Source: an uncultured Holophagales bacterium (GTDB lineage: Bacteria; Acidobacteriota; Thermoanaerobaculia; Multivoradales; UBA5704). Taken from it: 64,000 bases of DNA. A program made the position numbers and the translations under genes. Numbering within the stretch: the first letter of the stretch is position 1; each line of letters begins with the position of its first letter. The notes below the pieces were generated by a model, which was not told the DNA's origin, did no database searches, and saw only the letters and a program-made list of their open reading frames with translations. The stretch is taken from NCBI GenBank assembly GCA_963842525.1, contig CAWJGT010000025.1, forward strand, positions 96,001-160,000. The letters are read 5' to 3'. Below, piece by piece: positions 60,341 to 64,000 of the stretch.

Positions 60341-63300
60341 TCATTTCGGGGGGGTGGCGACCAGCCGCAGGAGCTCGCGGCCGTACTTGGTGACGATCGA
60401 TGGGCCGATGCCGGAAACGTTCAGCAGCTCCACCTCGTCCTGGGGCCGGGTGGAGGCGAGGGCGTGGAGCGCCCGGTCGGTGAGGATGCGGAAGGCGGGC
60501 AGCCCGCGGCGCTGGGCTTCGTTCCTTCGCCACGCCTTGAGGGCTTCGACCAGGGCCGGCAGCGGCTGGTCGAGGAGTTCTTCGGCGCCGGGGAGCGCCG
60601 ACTGAACCGGCTTGCCGTCGCGGGAGCGGGCCGGCTGCGGCCCGGAGTCCTGCTCTTTCCGAGATCTGGCAGTCTTCTTCTCCCGTTTCCTCGACGGTGG
60701 ATCGGGCTCCAGGGTGAGGGGCACGAGCAGGGCGGCGTCCGGTCCGCCGTGGAGGCCTTCGTGCGTGAGCGCGGCGCGCTGGAACCGGATCAGCTTCCCC
60801 TCTTTTTCGAAGGAGTCCTCGCGGATCTCGACCAGGCTGGCGCGGGTGAGCCCACCCAAAAGGCGGTCGAAGGCCTTGCGGGCGGCGGCCAGGGCGGCGG
60901 GAGAAGCGCCGTCGCCATTGCCGTTTCCGGAAAGCTCGCGGAAGAGCTGGCCGGTGCTCTGGCCGTCCCGGCGGCGCAGCGCGCGCAGAATCCGCTCCAG
61001 GTCCCGCGCCTCGTCCGGCGTGGGGAGGTGGAAGTGGCGGACGGCGCAGGCGGCCGTGGCGCAGACGTCGCAGATGCCGCAGGCCTGCCCCGAGTCCTCC
61101 TGGTCGCCGAAGTGGCGGACCAGATGGAGCATGCGGCAGCCGTGGGAGGTGGCGAAACGCACGATCTGGTCGAGCTGGGCGAGCCTGTGGTCGCTCTGTG
61201 CCTGGTAGGGCCGCTGCCAGGCGGCCTCGCCGCGGCTGACGTTGCCGTCGGCGTCGACGCGGGCGCCGCGATGGATCCAGAGCTTTTCCAGCGCCTTTTC
61301 GAAGACCTCCCCGTCGAGGTCGAGCTTCCGGCGGATCTTGTCGCCCGGCAGGGGCTCGGGGCCCAGCATCCGGAAGATGCCGTCCAGGACGTGCTGCTCG
61401 GGATAGTCGCGAGTATGGAAGAACTCGTGGTTGCGGCGGTCGGCCCAGGAGAAGAGGAGGATGGCGCGGGACGGCTTGCCGTCGCGGCCGGCGCGGCCGA
61501 TTTCCTGGTAATAGCCCTCGACGCTCCCCGGCAGGCCGGTGTGGATCACGGTGCGGACGTCCGCCTTGTCGACCCCCATGCCGAAGGCAATCGTAGCGAC
61601 GATCACCTCCAGCCGGCCGGCGAGGAATGCGGTCTGGACGCGGTCGCGCTCGGCGCCGGTCATCCCGGCGTGGTACGCGGCGGCCCGCATCTCGGCCCGC
61701 AGCTCCTCGCCCAGAGCATCCGCCTCCTTGCGGGTCGGGGCATAGACGATAGCGGGCAGGCGCCCCTCCGCGGCGAGGACCTGGCGCACCATCGCCCGTC
61801 GCTCCGAGGGGCGCAGCTCGGCCACCTCGACGGCGATGTTGGTGCGGCGGAAGCCGTGGATGAAGCGGCCCGGGGTCTGCAGGCCGAGCTGGGTCGAGAT
61901 GTCGTCCTGCACGACCGGCGTGGCGGTCGCGGTCAATGCGATGACCGGCGATGGGCGGAGCAGCGGGAGGCGCTGGCCGAGCATCCGGTACTCGGGCCGG
62001 AAGTCGTGCCCCCACTGCGAGATGCAGTGCGCCTCGTCGACCGCGACCAGCGCCGGCTTGCGCTTGGCGAGCATCTCGGGGAAGCCGGGCACGGCGAGGC
62101 GCTCGGGCGCGATGAAGAGATAGTCGAGCCGGCCGGCCAGGTAGTCGACGCAGGCCTGGCGCGAGGACGCCCGGTCGCGGCCGGAGTGGATGCGCTCGGC
62201 CCGCAATCCCACCTCGCGCAGCTTGGCGACCTGGTCCTCCATGAGCGCGATGAGGGGCGAGACCACCAGCGTGACGCCGCCCCGCGCCAGACCCGGGAGC
62301 TGATAGCAGAGAGACTTGCCCGCCCCGGTAGGCATGACGAGGAGGACGTCACGCCCCTCGGTGACCGCGCGGCAGACGTCCTCCTGGAAGGGGCGGAAGG
62401 ACTGGAGGCGGAAGGCGTGGCGGAGGAGGTCGTGGAGGTCGCGGCTGCGTGGACCCTCACCCCCCTGGCCCCCCTCTCCCATCCGCACTCCCATTCCCCC
62501 GGGAGAAGGGGGAAGAGGCGTTCTGTCGCCCCTCCGGGGCTCGGAGATGTTTTGGCGGGCCTCCTCCCCGGGGCTTACGCCCCGGGCTACGTTCTGTCGC
62601 CCCTCCGGGGCTTTCTCCCCCTCTCCCGGAAGGGTGGGAGTGCGGATGGGAGAGGGGGCCGGGGGGTGAGGGCTACGGGTGGGGGCGCCCACGACTTCAC
62701 TGACATACGCCTCGATCTCCTGGAGGAAGCTCGCCAGCTCTCCCTGCCCGCGCTGGATGCGCTGGAGCTGCGCCTCCCACTGCCCGGTCATCGCCGGGCT
62801 CTTCACGTGCGGATGGACGATCTGGATCAGCCGGACCCCCTTGTCCGTGGCGTGCAGGGCCTTGCCCTGGCGCTCGATATAGCCACGGCGCAGCAGGGTC
62901 TCGATGATCTCCGCGCGGGTGGCCGGCGTCCCCAGGCCGCTCTCCTTCATCGCCGCGGAGAGCTCCTTGTCGTCCAGGGTCTTACCGGCCGTCTCCATGG
63001 CCGTCAGCAGCGTGGCCTCGGTGAAACGCTTCGGCGGGCGGGTCTGCTTGGACACGGCCTTCGCGTCGAGCACCCGTTGCGGCTGCCGGGCGGCGAGGCC
63101 GGGCGGCAGATCTTGGGATTCGTCGGCCTCACGATCCTCCACCTCCCCGTCCTCTTTCTTCTCCTTGTCCTTCGACCGGTCCTTCCTCTTGAGCTCGATG
63201 TCCAGGACCTTCCAGCCGGCCTGCTCCACCGCGGTCCCGCTGCTGTGGTAGCGATCCACAGGCCGGAATGGGATTCGTGCTCGTGATGGCCGTGATCACC

Positions 63301-64000
63301 GTGGTCACCGACCAGACGTGGTCATCGTGCCAGGCCATGAGCAGGCGCCGGCAGATCAGGTCGTAGACCTTCCGCTCGTCGTCGGTGAGATCGCTCCTGT
63401 CGGGCGATGTCGGGGTCGGCAGGATCGCGTGGTGGTCGGTGACCTTGGCGTCGTCCACGAACCGGCGGCCCAGCGGTTGCTCGCCGGTGCCGGGGGCGAG
63501 GAGGCCCTCGTACCGGCCGGCGACAGCGCGCACCACGTCGCTCAGGGTCGCGGCCACGTCCGTCGAGAGGTGCCGGCTGTCGGTCCGCGGATAGCTGATG
63601 AGTTTCTTCGCCTCGTAGAGCGATTGGGCGAGGCCGAGCGTCTTCTGGGCGCTGAACCCGTAGAGGCGGTTGGCATGCCGCTGCAGCTCGGTCAGGTCGT
63701 AGAGCAACGGCGGCGGCATGCGCTTCGTCTCGGCGCGGACCGACTCGATCTCGGCCTTGCCGGTGCGCGCCCGCTGGACGATCTGCATCGCCTCTTCGAG
63801 GTCCGCTCCCGGCCGCGCGGGGTCCGCCTTCAGGCGCTTCGCCTCGGACGTCGGGCTCTCGCCGCGGAACCAGGTGCCCCGATAGAGGGGTATCCCCTCG
63901 GCGGGTCCCTCCAGGACGGGCGTGAAGGTGGCGGCCACCTCCAGGTAGTCCTCGGGGACGAAGGCGCGGATGGCCAGTTCGCGCTCGGCGACGATCGCCA
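60341..64000 (-). CDS. DNA topoisomerase III-RecQ helicase-HRDC fusion (5'-truncated by window; frameshift near 63260)
   Basis: Type IA topoisomerase motifs LISYPRTDS and [13 protein letters not shown]. The latter is in frame with RecQ motifs [44 protein letters not shown] and an HRDC domain. Confidence 0.9.
62454..62672. repeat. Nested REP-like palindrome inside the TopoIII-RecQ linker
   Basis: About 39-bp outer inverted arms and an inner direct repeat TTCTGTCGCCCCTCCGGGGCT. 219 bp long, in frame. Confidence 0.8.

Overview
GC-rich bacterial chromosomal window. An Acidobacteriota (Thermoanaerobaculia-like) origin is inferred from the ELWxxDGT protein, a repeated 'GxFWFF..N.EL.VKVL' C-terminal domain and a TPR/XRE pair. 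Core genes are acs, dnaG-rpoD-tRNA-Asn, mutS2, pyrF, xth, tkt, tRNA-Ser, an SSADH, a USP and a TopoIII-RecQ fusion. They are interleaved with accessory DNA rich in toxin-antitoxin and defence-like genes: MntA-HepT, VapBC, AbiE, two Fic proteins, a DUF4258 pair, an ABC-ATPase+TOPRIM pair and an HNH nuclease. The most notable object is a complete 4270-bp IS1-family cargo transposon (24087-28356) with 26-bp terminal inverted repeats and an 8-bp target duplication. It sits inside a 21-bp-period repeat array and carries three ribbon-helix-helix-like genes, a mirror-symmetric divergent promoter/operator switch, and a tRNA-like RNA followed by a long hairpin. Other notable features are an 18-unit palindromic 19/20-bp array (41617-41966), degenerate attC-like sites separating low-GC cassettes, REP-like palindromes (one translated in frame as the TopoIII-RecQ linker), and many apparently leaderless genes. 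About eight genes show single-base frameshifts, probably assembly errors. All family calls come from motif recognition by eye; no searches were run.
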